This document shows, piece after piece, positions 1 through 7,132 of a stretch of DNA of 64,000 bases; the stretch's first letter is position 1; the number at the start of each line of letters is the position of its first letter. The DNA comes from an uncultured virus (IMG/VR IMGVR_UViG_3300027659_000025). Taxonomy: Duplodnaviria; Heunggongvirae; Uroviricota; Caudoviricetes. The notes below the pieces were generated by a model. That model did not search any database. It was given only the letters and a program-made list of their open reading frames with translations, and had not been told where the DNA came from. The DNA lies in IMG/VR virus record IMGVR_UViG_3300027659_000025. One strand, 5' to 3'. The position numbers and the translations under genes are program-made.

Positions 1-25
1 TGAAAAAAAAAAAAAAAGAAAGAAA

Positions 26-68
26 ACACACATGACACTTAATTAAAGCCTCATGTGTGGTGTTAATC
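26..68 (-). terminator. Hairpin followed by U-rich tract (copy 1 of a duplicated hairpin)
   Basis: CACACATGA...TCATGTGTG stem right after the stop of ORF 70..309, followed on the minus strand by TTTTCTTTC and T15; near-identical copy at 468-511. Confidence 0.7.
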
Positions 69-69
69 T

Positions 70-309
70 TTATTCTGATTCACTTTTAAGAAAAAGATCT
101 CCCCTTGTAGCAGGACTTCCTGCTACGTGAAGAAATTGCGTTGCTGCTGACATGGGGAGATAAAAACTCTCCCACCCGCCTTGCTCTTTGTTCTTAACTA
201 ACTTGATACCCATATCCTGCAGCATTTTAAGTGCTGCCGGGCTGATGTCCACTAAACCTTGGACATATGCAAACTTTTGACCATCTTTCTCTGAAAAATT
301 CATGTGCAC
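70..309 (-). CDS. Hypothetical early protein
   Basis: ORF with AGGAGA SD upstream, downstream of the class I promoter at 1505-1545. Confidence 0.6.
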   Translation of the reverse strand: MHMNFSEKDGQKFAYVQGLVDISPAALKMLQDMGIKLVKNKEQGGWESFYLPMSAATQFLHVAGSPATRGDLFLKSESE

Positions 310-336
310 AATATTCTCCTCTGTGGTCGACAGGAC

Positions 337-455
337 TTACTAAGAATCGCACTATAACTACGATCTCTGCAGGCATCCGATTTATTTAATCAGATCTACC
401 TAACCAACTGCAGAGTTTAAACGGTAGGCTGCGTCGATAGTGCAATTCTTAGTAA
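337..455 (-). ncRNA. Putative structured RNA / long hairpin
   Basis: 19-bp terminal inverted repeat (337-355 / 437-455) plus inner CTCTGCAG/CTGCAGAG stem; intergenic. Confidence 0.45.
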
Positions 456-467
456 CCCCTACTAGAG

Positions 468-511
468 ACACACATGACACCCAATTAAGGGCATCATGTG
501 TGGTGTTGATC
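468..511 (-). repeat. Duplicated hairpin (copy 2)
   Basis: acacacatgacac...tcatgtgtggtgtt matches 26-68; sits at the stop of ORF 510..773. Confidence 0.8.
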
Positions 512-773
512 AGATCAACCCGTACCTCTCAAGATTAGCAGCCTCTGAAGGCCGCTTCATCTTGATTTGCATCAGCCACATTCCAGGTTCCATGTCCTGA
601 AGTGTGTAAATAGAACCAGACTCCGTTTTAACCATACCAGCTTTCGCCGATACAATCCGAGTAGTCTGATACTTAGGTACAACTACACAGGCCCCTTTAA
701 AGGTGCCTACTACACATACTCCACCACCTTGTTGTGGGAGTATGCGGTATTGCGTGATGACGTTGGTCATCAT
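510..773 (-). CDS. Hypothetical early protein
   Basis: ORF with AAGGAGG SD. Confidence 0.65.
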   Translation of the reverse strand: MMTNVITQYRILPQQGGGVCVVGTFKGACVVVPKYQTTRIVSAKAGMVKTESGSIYTLQDMEPGMWLMQIKMKRPSEAANLERYGLI

Positions 774-805
774 ATTTACCCTCCTTTGGGCTAGAACAAA
801 AGGGT

Positions 806-834
806 TGGGCCTTTATTAGGCGTGCCCAGGCCTA
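806..834 (-). ncRNA. H-type pseudoknot motif, copy 1
   Basis: TAGGC-CTGGGCAC-GCCTA-ATAAAG-GCCCA; loop TGGGC pairs with downstream GCCCA. Confidence 0.6.
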
Positions 835-859
835 CTAAGACGGGTACTTTTAAACCCTC

Positions 860-953
860 GATTGTTGTGCGTGACATTCACTCTGCGGGATAGTTGAAGG
901 AGTTTTATTGTCCTCAACGTCCCTTTTATAAACAGAGCTCCGACACAACAATC
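860..953 (-). ncRNA. Putative structured RNA / long irregular hairpin
   Basis: GATTGTTGTG/CACAACAATC outer stem with inner CTCTG/CAGAG, GGGA/TCCC and GTTGA/TCAAC stems; intergenic. Confidence 0.45.
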
Positions 954-1202
954 TTACTCAGATTTTCTTAATAGCAGCTCTATACGCTCATGCGTAGTAC
1001 CAAGAGCTGCCATCCGTTTGTTCACGAGGTACTGATATTTCCTGTCCTCGTGAAGGGCTTTTTCTTGAAAGGTCTTATATGCAGATTCAAAATTCGCATG
1101 CTCAGACCTTTCAAGACGACTGTCCTCAAAAAGAACGACGTATTTGTCGCCCTCTTTAAGGATAATCAGACACTCCTCCCTCAAAGGGGAGAAGGCTCTC
1201 AC
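954..1202 (-). CDS. Hypothetical early protein (likely GTG start)
   Basis: GTG overlaps the TGA of the upstream gene (GTGA coupling); the longer ORF-track start overlaps the upstream gene. Confidence 0.55.
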   Translation of the reverse strand: MRAFSPLREECLIILKEGDKYVVLFEDSRLERSEHANFESAYKTFQEKALHEDRKYQYLVNKRMAALGTTHERIELLLRKSE

Positions 1203-1480
1203 AGCCGTCCCACTAAGTAGTCCAGCTGGTTGAGACCAAAGATTTCTCTTTGGCGGTACGCCTTCGAGACCTCGAAGGTGTAACGGATGTCCTTCCAGGA
1301 CTCCGAAACACAATCTTGAACGAAGGTTCCTTCGGGAGTAATCTCACCGAAGGCGAAGCCATGCTCGTCAGAAACGAACACGGCGAGAGTGTAGCCCGGA
1401 CGGGCTACGTCGTCCCATTCTAGGATGGGAGTGGTGCTCATGCCGTTGAGCGAGATGGTGGCGGAGTTGGCGATAGCCAT
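1199..1480 (-). CDS. Hypothetical early protein (first gene after class I promoter)
   Basis: ATG at 1480 preceded by AAAAGGGA; GC-rich codons; the ORF-track start at 1525 lies within the promoter motif. Confidence 0.6.
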   Translation of the reverse strand: MAIANSATISLNGMSTTPILEWDDVARPGYTLAVFVSDEHGFAFGEITPEGTFVQDCVSESWKDIRYTFEVSKAYRQREIFGLNQLDYLVGRL

Positions 1481-1504
1481 ACTAGATCCCTTTTGGGCTA
1501 GATG

Positions 1505-1545
1505 ATAACCCCTATTGGTTATCATATAAGATACCGTTATTTCCG
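1505..1545 (-). promoter_or_regulatory. Class I (early-type) phage promoter motif, copy 1
   Basis: CGGAAAnnnnGGTATCTTATATGATAACCAATAGGGGTTAT; 31-bp core identical at 25579 and 27356. Confidence 0.75.
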
Positions 1546-1546
1546 T

Positions 1547-1577
1547 AAAATAAAACCTCCCCTCATAAGAGGAGAGG
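1547..1577 (-). terminator. Rho-independent terminator
   Basis: CCTCTCCTC-TTAT-GAGGGGAGG followed by TTTTATTTT. Confidence 0.8.
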
Positions 1578-1585
1578 AGGATTTC

Positions 1586-1780
1586 TTACTCAAATGATTC
1601 TACGATATCTGTATAAATTTCCGTTGGCAGCTCGGTCATTCCTAACCCCGGTCTTGCCTGATACTTGTACATTGCTATATGAGCAATGCGAGCCTCTCTA
1701 CGGGCTTCTGGTATTCCTCTTGCATTTACTTCTTGCAAGGATACATGATTTGCATCTGCTACTTCAACTAAATATTTCAT
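1586..1780 (-). CDS. Hypothetical protein
   Basis: ORF with AGGAGA SD. Confidence 0.55.
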   Translation of the reverse strand: MKYLVEVADANHVSLQEVNARGIPEARREARIAHIAMYKYQARPGLGMTELPTEIYTDIVESFE

Positions 1781-1842
1781 TTTATTCTCCTAGGACAAAA
1801 TCAAGTTGATATTTCTAGATAATTTTTCTGTAGATCTAATAA

Positions 1843-1919
1843 TGGCCTGCCCAGATGGATTCGAACCATCGGCCTACAGCTTAGAAGGCTGTTGCTCTAT
1901 CCTACTGAGCTATGGGCAG
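1843..1919 (-). tRNA. tRNA-Arg(TCT)
   Basis: Cloverleaf CTGCCCA...TGGGCAG-G-CCA, anticodon loop CTTCTAA, TTCGAAT T-loop. Confidence 0.95.
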
Positions 1920-1928
1920 TTGTTAATG

Positions 1929-2228
1929 TTAAGCTTTAAGCCAACTCTGAGACTCTTTGAATATGATCTCTTCTCGGCCATCATACTCGTCAATATAAAA
2001 CTCAGAGCCTTCAGGTATCCAAGCAATTGCTAAGTTAAGCTCGCTTGAAATGTAAATACCCTTGTAAAGTTCTTCGCAGTATTTATGAGGACTTTCTCCG
2101 TCTTCAATCATTTTAACTACGTTTGGGTCAAACAACAACTCTTCAATTCCATGCCAGCTATACCAACCTGCACCGAAATTGAAAGAGAAGATTACAGCAA
2201 CCTTCCCATCTCTGATAACCTTCTTCAC
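1929..2228 (-). CDS. Hypothetical phage protein
   Basis: ORF with AGGAG SD; GAGWYSW and EYDGRE motifs. Confidence 0.65.
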   Translation of the reverse strand: MKKVIRDGKVAVIFSFNFGAGWYSWHGIEELLFDPNVVKMIEDGESPHKYCEELYKGIYISSELNLAIAWIPEGSEFYIDEYDGREEIIFKESQSWLKA

Positions 2229-2258
2229 AGTATCTCCTATTCAAGTATAATCTTAATG

Positions 2259-2549
2259 TTAGTCTTTTGACGCTTCTTGCGGCTCAAAATATGCGATTTT
2301 AACTTTGCCTTTTTGCAGTTTTGCATAGCTGATTTCAGCAGTTGCATTTCTAATTACAACTTTTGCCAAAGATGAGATATGTTTCGCTGCCTCGTTATTA
2401 ATCCTACCAGCACAAGCACCACGCAATACTGTTCCAACAAGAGAGTAGACTTCCGTAACATTGATAAGTTTTGCTTTAGACATTTTCTGAGATCCTTTTA
2501 AGTTCAATAGTACGACGATATGCTTTTGTGATTTCTTCTGGAATATCAC
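2259..2549 (-). CDS. Hypothetical protein (start probably MSKAKL near 2483)
   Basis: ORF track; the upstream part overlaps the neighbouring gene. Confidence 0.5.
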   Translation of the reverse strand: MIFQKKSQKHIVVLLNLKGSQKMSKAKLINVTEVYSLVGTVLRGACAGRINNEAAKHISSLAKVVIRNATAEISYAKLQKGKVKIAYFEPQEASKD

Positions 2550-3138
2550 TTGCTTTTAAATTTGGAAATAAATTCGCTACCATTTTATTAACATAAGGCG
2601 TTGATAAAAATAAGGTATTATATAAATTTAATTTTTCTTGATACTCTTTCTTTTTAATACTCTCCCTCTGTGTTTTAGATCGTTTTATTGGATCTTTGTG
2701 ATAATATCTCAAAGCTATTTGTCTATAATGTTCTGGATCCTTTGCATAAGAAGCTCTTCTATAGACATTTTTACATTCCCTACACATTGTCTCTAATCCA
2801 GAACGTTGAGTTCTATTCTTATTAAAAGCTGTATGTTCTTTAATACACTTACAAGTATGACAGAATTTAGTTAATCCAATTTCAAAAGTTTCGGATTCAA
2901 CTATTTTTTTAACAGCAAGCCTGCTATTCTCTCGATATTTGATAATTTTTTCTTTTTTATCAACTTTAGTTTCATGATACTTTTTTAACTCTTCTATATT
3001 TCGACAAGCTTTACATTTGCTTTTGTGACGTTTTGTACCTCCCATTCTAGGGAAAAGATGTTCTCTAGTTTCATTACAAGATACACATTTAAATGGTTTT
3101 AGTTTCATAATAGACTTAATAAATTTAAGTATGTTCAA
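2476..3138 (-). CDS. Basic zinc-finger protein (four CxxC pairs), resembling DNA-binding parts of HNH/endonuclease VII homing nucleases
   Basis: CVSC, CKAC, CHTC, CREC motifs; no clear catalytic HNH motif. Confidence 0.55.
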   Translation of the reverse strand: MNILKFIKSIMKLKPFKCVSCNETREHLFPRMGGTKRHKSKCKACRNIEELKKYHETKVDKKEKIIKYRENSRLAVKKIVESETFEIGLTKFCHTCKCIKEHTAFNKNRTQRSGLETMCRECKNVYRRASYAKDPEHYRQIALRYYHKDPIKRSKTQRESIKKKEYQEKLNLYNTLFLSTPYVNKMVANLFPNLKASDIPEEITKAYRRTIELKRISENV

Positions 3139-3445
3139 TAATCTTAATGTTAGTCTTTCTTAATGCTTCCTGACATATTTTACAAGGCTTAGCTAATCCC
3201 GGAGTACCATCTTCTTTGTATCTGAATATTTCTATTTTATAGGCTAAACTTAAATCTTTGCATCTTGTTATTGCATGAATCTCAGCATGTAAATAAATCT
3301 TTTGTGGTTGGTCCATCTTAGTTGCATACATAGCTTGCAAAGGATGTGTCTTAATATAACTGTTTTGACCAACACTTAAAATTTGATTTCTTCTATCTCT
3401 AATAATTGCTGTTACTTGATGCTTCTTATTCATGCGTATGATCAA
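3125..3445 (-). CDS. Cytidine/dCMP deaminase-fold protein
   Basis: HAE and PCKIC zinc-binding motifs. Confidence 0.8.
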   Translation of the reverse strand: MIIRMNKKHQVTAIIRDRRNQILSVGQNSYIKTHPLQAMYATKMDQPQKIYLHAEIHAITRCKDLSLAYKIEIFRYKEDGTPGLAKPCKICQEALRKTNIKIIEHT

Positions 3446-3860
3446 AAAGCTTATAATAAGCTTCTTTTACTCGATTAATAAAACTTGAGAAAGACTCTTT
3501 ATTTCGCCAGATAACTGATACAAAATTATTTGAAGATAATTTAAACTCAACGTGACCAGCTTTAACACCATATTCATACTCATCTGCAATCTGAACTATT
3601 GCAGTTTCAAAGTCTAAACTAAGACGTTTTCTTGCATTAGCAGGACTAACAAATGTTAATTCTTCTAACACTTGTTTAGCAGGTGGTTTAGCTACAAGCA
3701 TATCGACAATAGTCAATTCACCTGTATTCATGTCAACTGCAAACTGCCGACCTTTTGTTATAACATCGTGAATGAGACCCGACTGAAACAAGCTTTTAAC
3801 TGGGGTTACTAGCATAAATACACGATCATTTTCGATTACAAAACGATTAAGTTTAGGCAT
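3426..3860 (-). CDS. Hypothetical protein
   Basis: 144-aa ORF with AAGGA SD. Confidence 0.65.
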   Translation of the reverse strand: MPKLNRFVIENDRVFMLVTPVKSLFQSGLIHDVITKGRQFAVDMNTGELTIVDMLVAKPPAKQVLEELTFVSPANARKRLSLDFETAIVQIADEYEYGVKAGHVEFKLSSNNFVSVIWRNKESFSSFINRVKEAYYKLFDHTHE

Positions 3861-3935
3861 TTCAATAGTCCTTTAAATTATAGAAACAATAGTTACTTTA
3901 GTATATAAGCTTGTTTTTGGTGCATAATCTTGTTT

Positions 3936-4022
3936 TGGTGCCTAAGACGGGACTCGAACCCGTACGACTGTTACATCGGCAGATTTTAAGTCTGCTGTGT
4001 CTACCAATTCCACCACTCAGGC
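3936..4022 (-). tRNA. tRNA-Leu(TAA)
   Basis: GCCTGAG...CTTAGGC-A-CCA, anticodon loop CTTAAAA, long variable arm. Confidence 0.95.
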
Positions 4023-4208
4023 TTTTATTTAAAATCCTATATTTTCAATAAAAGAAGGTCGTATTTCTGATTCATAAACTGAACCACCTTCTTCTAATAA
4101 TCTTAAAATAAACTCAGCTTGGCCTCTTGTATGAAACACAGCAAAAATTCTATTGTTAATAAACAATTTATGGCAATTAAACATTAAAATATTCCTTACA
4201 AACTGAAC

Positions 4209-5335
4209 TTATTCTTCTTTAATACTATGAGCACATTGAAGTGCTCCATTAACATATATCCAATTAGCTTTTGCCCATTTATCGCAAATAGCTAAGCAAC
4301 GTTGTTTTTCATAATTTACTGCAGCATTCCAAGTTTCTTTTAAAAGTACATTTAACTCTTTACTTAAATTTAATTGTAAAAGATACGAATCGAAATCCAT
4401 CATTAACCTTTATAGGAATGCCATTTACCGCCATCTCTAAATTCTCTAGGATAGCAAATATCACAATAATGATAATGTTCACAATTACAATTCTTTTCTA
4501 CCTTTTGCCATGCTGCATCTTTAGCTTTTTGCCAAGCTAATTTACAACAATATGTCTTTCTTAGCAATGTGTTAATTTCTCTCATTGCTAATATTGATGT
4601 TCTATATTCAACTTGGTGTTCAGGGTTCCAAGTTTTTTCTTCACTTTGAGAAAACTCTTTAAAAGCTTCATTGTGAAGTTTTAAAGCTTTTAATGCTAGC
4701 TGAAGCGTGTTTATTAGATTATTTTCCATTCCTTTCCTTAAGAAGTCTTATGTACTCTTCTAATAAACATTGATAGTGTGCTGGACCCCAATATTGACAA
4801 TCAGGGCCATGATCATTTTGTTTACTAAACCAATGTTGTTCAAAGAAAATACATTTAGTTAGTCTTTCTACTTCTTCTCTTAAGATTTTATTTTCTAACT
4901 CTTGCGGATTCATTAGCCTTCCTCTTGCTTCCACAGTCTTTACAAAGCCAGCTGTACTTAAGCTTTGTGCCTGTCTCTAGAGGTTTGTCTTTTCTACAAT
5001 ACGGACAAAATTTTTTATTGCCCATAGCACTAACTAATTTTGCTGTCATTTCTCGACGTGCTTCCGTCGAGGTTACATCATAGTCTTTAGACATTACAAA
5101 TCTCAAAGTTTTTATTAAATTCAGAATCTGTATAAATAAAAATTTGGTCTTCAATCCTTATTATCCATTCAGACTCTACAACAAACACATTTTCAATATT
5201 TGCCCAACCAACTTTATCCCATTTGCCCCAAGAAAATAGAGAATGTCCTAAAGAACTTTTAATAGAATCTAATGAGTCGTATTTAAATTGAATAGCTTTA
5301 AATCTAACATGTCGCTTAAATTTAACATCTTCCAA
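4209..5335 (-). other. Cluster of five small hypothetical ORFs (4209..4403, 4403..4729, 4719..4934, 4888..~5094, 5087..5335)
   Basis: Tightly packed or overlapping minus-strand ORFs, several with Cys/His motifs. Confidence 0.55.
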
Positions 5336-5471
5336 GGGCTTCTCCTTAAGCTTTAGCCTTTGCTCTTAAGATAATTGCAATAGTAGAATGGCACTGATAA
5401 ATTAGTGCCATCATATTAGCTAATAACTACTATTTAGCCACTCGTGCTTTTAGTAGATTACTTTGTTAAAG

Positions 5472-5514
5472 TGGTAGGCGGTGCTGGGCTCGAACCAGCG
5501 ACCAATGAATTATG
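5472..5514 (-). pseudogene. 3' half of a tRNA(CAT) fused to the CCA end of the upstream tRNA
   Basis: CATAA-TTCAT-TGGTC-GCTGG-TTCGAGC-CCAGC-ACCGCCT-A-CCA; no 5' half found nearby. Confidence 0.8.
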
Positions 5515-5589
5515 GTGGGCCTGCTCGGGTTCGAACCGAGACTCAATGTCTTATGAGGACACTGCTTTCACCGATTAAGCTACAGGCCC
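5513..5589 (-). tRNA. tRNA with CAT anticodon (Ile2 or elongator Met)
   Basis: GGGCCTG...CAGGCCC-A-CCA, anticodon loop CTCATAA; lacks initiator features. Confidence 0.9.
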
Positions 5590-5677
5590 TAAAAAAAATC
5601 CCTTTCGAGTAATGCCAACACATTCTAAAATGTATTAACAAAACTTGAAAGGGAATAAACGAAATAATTCGTTTTTA

Positions 5678-5706
5678 CTAGCCTTTTAAAGACATGCCAA
5701 GGTCTT
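5678..5706 (-). ncRNA. H-type pseudoknot motif, copy 2
   Basis: AAGAC-CTTGGCAT-GTCTT-TAAAAG-GCTAG. Confidence 0.5.
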
Positions 5707-5832
5707 AAGATAATGGCCTGCCGTCATAAAAGCTGATGTTGTCAGCAAGGAATCCCGGTCCTCGCTAATAGTGTTAACAGACACTATTAACTACATACCA
5801 CCTTTGTTTTATTAGCAAACCTATCTTATCTA

Positions 5833-6384
5833 TTACGCTGCAGCTTTTTCAGCAGCTTTCTTGGCGCGATAAGCTGCTAGAGCTTCTTGTGCCTTAGGAT
5901 TAACTTGACGCTTCTCTACACCTGCTTCGTAACAAGCTAGAACGGCATCTTTGTTAGCAATAATCCATTTTGCTAGATCTTCATTATCGCTAGCAGCGAC
6001 CAGACTGTTACGTGCGGCTGTAGACTTTTCAGCCTCATCCATACGCTTGACACTTGGCCAGCGGAATGATTCTAGAATTGCAGATGCATGTTCTTGCAAG
6101 AAAGCAATCTTGGTGTTGCCATGAATTTCTTTTAGAGCGTCAAGCGCTTTTGACAGCTTGTTTGATTCTACTTTAGTGACACGACGAATCGTGCCGGTTT
6201 CGAACGCAATTTCTACCGTTTCCTGATTTTCCAATAGCCAAGTTGACAACTCTTTGTTGTTGCCGGTGACTTTGTTCAACGCCTCTTCGATCTTAGGACG
6301 ACGAAGATAGTTAATAGCCTCAGCTTTGGTGTCAAAGGTTTTGCCATCGGGAGTGGTAAATACTTGCTTTAGTTCGAATGACAT
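5833..6384 (-). CDS. Hypothetical protein with three internal helical repeats, probably highly expressed
   Basis: Repeats LSTWLLENQETVEIAF / IAFLQEHASAILESF / LAKWIIANKDAVLACY; own class II promoter; C-ending codons like the capsid gene. Confidence 0.8.
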   Translation of the reverse strand: MSFELKQVFTTPDGKTFDTKAEAINYLRRPKIEEALNKVTGNNKELSTWLLENQETVEIAFETGTIRRVTKVESNKLSKALDALKEIHGNTKIAFLQEHASAILESFRWPSVKRMDEAEKSTAARNSLVAASDNEDLAKWIIANKDAVLACYEAGVEKRQVNPKAQEALAAYRAKKAAEKAAA

Positions 6385-6480
6385 AGTTAATTTCCTTTAA
6401 TGGTTAGTAACATATTGTTACCAGATAATATACCACTTTTAACGCAAGTGGCTTGCGTGTGTCTTTGATATAAACTTTTA

Positions 6481-6498
6481 GGGTTAAGTTAACGGGTT
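6481..6498 (-). promoter_or_regulatory. Class II phage promoter motif, copy 1
   Basis: AACCCGTTAACTTAACCC; related copies at 21692, 28644, 53600. Confidence 0.7.
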
Positions 6499-6525
6499 CT
6501 AACGTCGGAAGGTCACATGATAGTC

Positions 6526-6635
6526 CTTTAAAAAGTCGCACAGACGTGCAGAAAGATGCCTAGTTGCCACTGCTAACTTCTAGAGAAGCCCTGATGTCTT
6601 GCCGAGCGGCGAGTGCACCTGGGTCTGTTTTAAAG
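6526..6635. other. 110-bp GC-rich quasi-palindrome A
   Basis: CTTTAAAA...CAGAC-GTGCA.....TGCAC-CTGG-GTCTG-TTTTAAAG; same length and end motifs as 28716-28825. Confidence 0.55.
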
Positions 6636-6644
6636 TGATTATTT

Positions 6645-6893
6645 TTAACTTTTATTTTTTGAAGTATTGTACTTTTCTTCTATGCTTTCACCGATTTCTA
6701 CAGCAAGATCATACCATAGTCTAGGATCAATGATTTGAGCAGGATCACTTTTTGGTGCTTCTTTTGCTGACATAATTTCACAATAATGTCTAATAGCTTC
6801 AATTACAAACACTTGAGCCATTGCACCATGTTTTGAATAATTCATAATCCAATGCACAAAATCATCATTTGTAGTAACTTCTCTAGGTATCAT
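6645..6893 (-). CDS. Hypothetical protein
   Basis: ORF coupled to its neighbour (ATGA overlap). Confidence 0.6.
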   Translation of the reverse strand: MIPREVTTNDDFVHWIMNYSKHGAMAQVFVIEAIRHYCEIMSAKEAPKSDPAQIIDPRLWYDLAVEIGESIEEKYNTSKNKS

Positions 6894-7132
6894 ACTTTAG
6901 CAATCAAATCAAATGGATGAGGATAATTATCTTCAAGAAAGCTGCCATTTTCTGTAAATGTAGTCATTCTTTTCTTTCGATCAATGGCTACAATTGCATG
7001 TTTTTCAAAGTCTTTAATTTGAATTATAGTATATTGATCTCCACCTGAAGTAGCCCATGTTTCACCTACTTGCGGTTTATTTTTAATTTGTGGTTTATCT
7101 TTAATTTGTGCTGTATTTTTAATCTTTTTCAT
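6890..7132 (-). CDS. Hypothetical protein
   Basis: ORF with ATGA overlaps; short QIKxKP tandem repeat at the N-terminus. Confidence 0.6.
   Translation of the reverse strand: MKKIKNTAQIKDKPQIKNKPQVGETWATSGGDQYTIIQIKDFEKHAIVAIDRKKRMTTFTENGSFLEDNYPHPFDLIAKV

Noticed and set aside
337..455. Retron msr/msd or pistol/hammerhead ribozyme
   Set aside because: No reverse transcriptase in the window; ribozyme core consensus not convincingly matched
1481..1525. ORF-track N-terminal extension MITNRGYH...
   Set aside because: The ATG lies within the repeated promoter motif; an SD-like sequence precedes the ATG at 1480
3910..3941. Short duplication of the tRNA-Leu 3' end (GCACCAAAA(A)CAAG) as an att site
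   Set aside because: Only about 13 bp and adjacent, with no integrase; more likely a local slippage or lost-tRNA remnant
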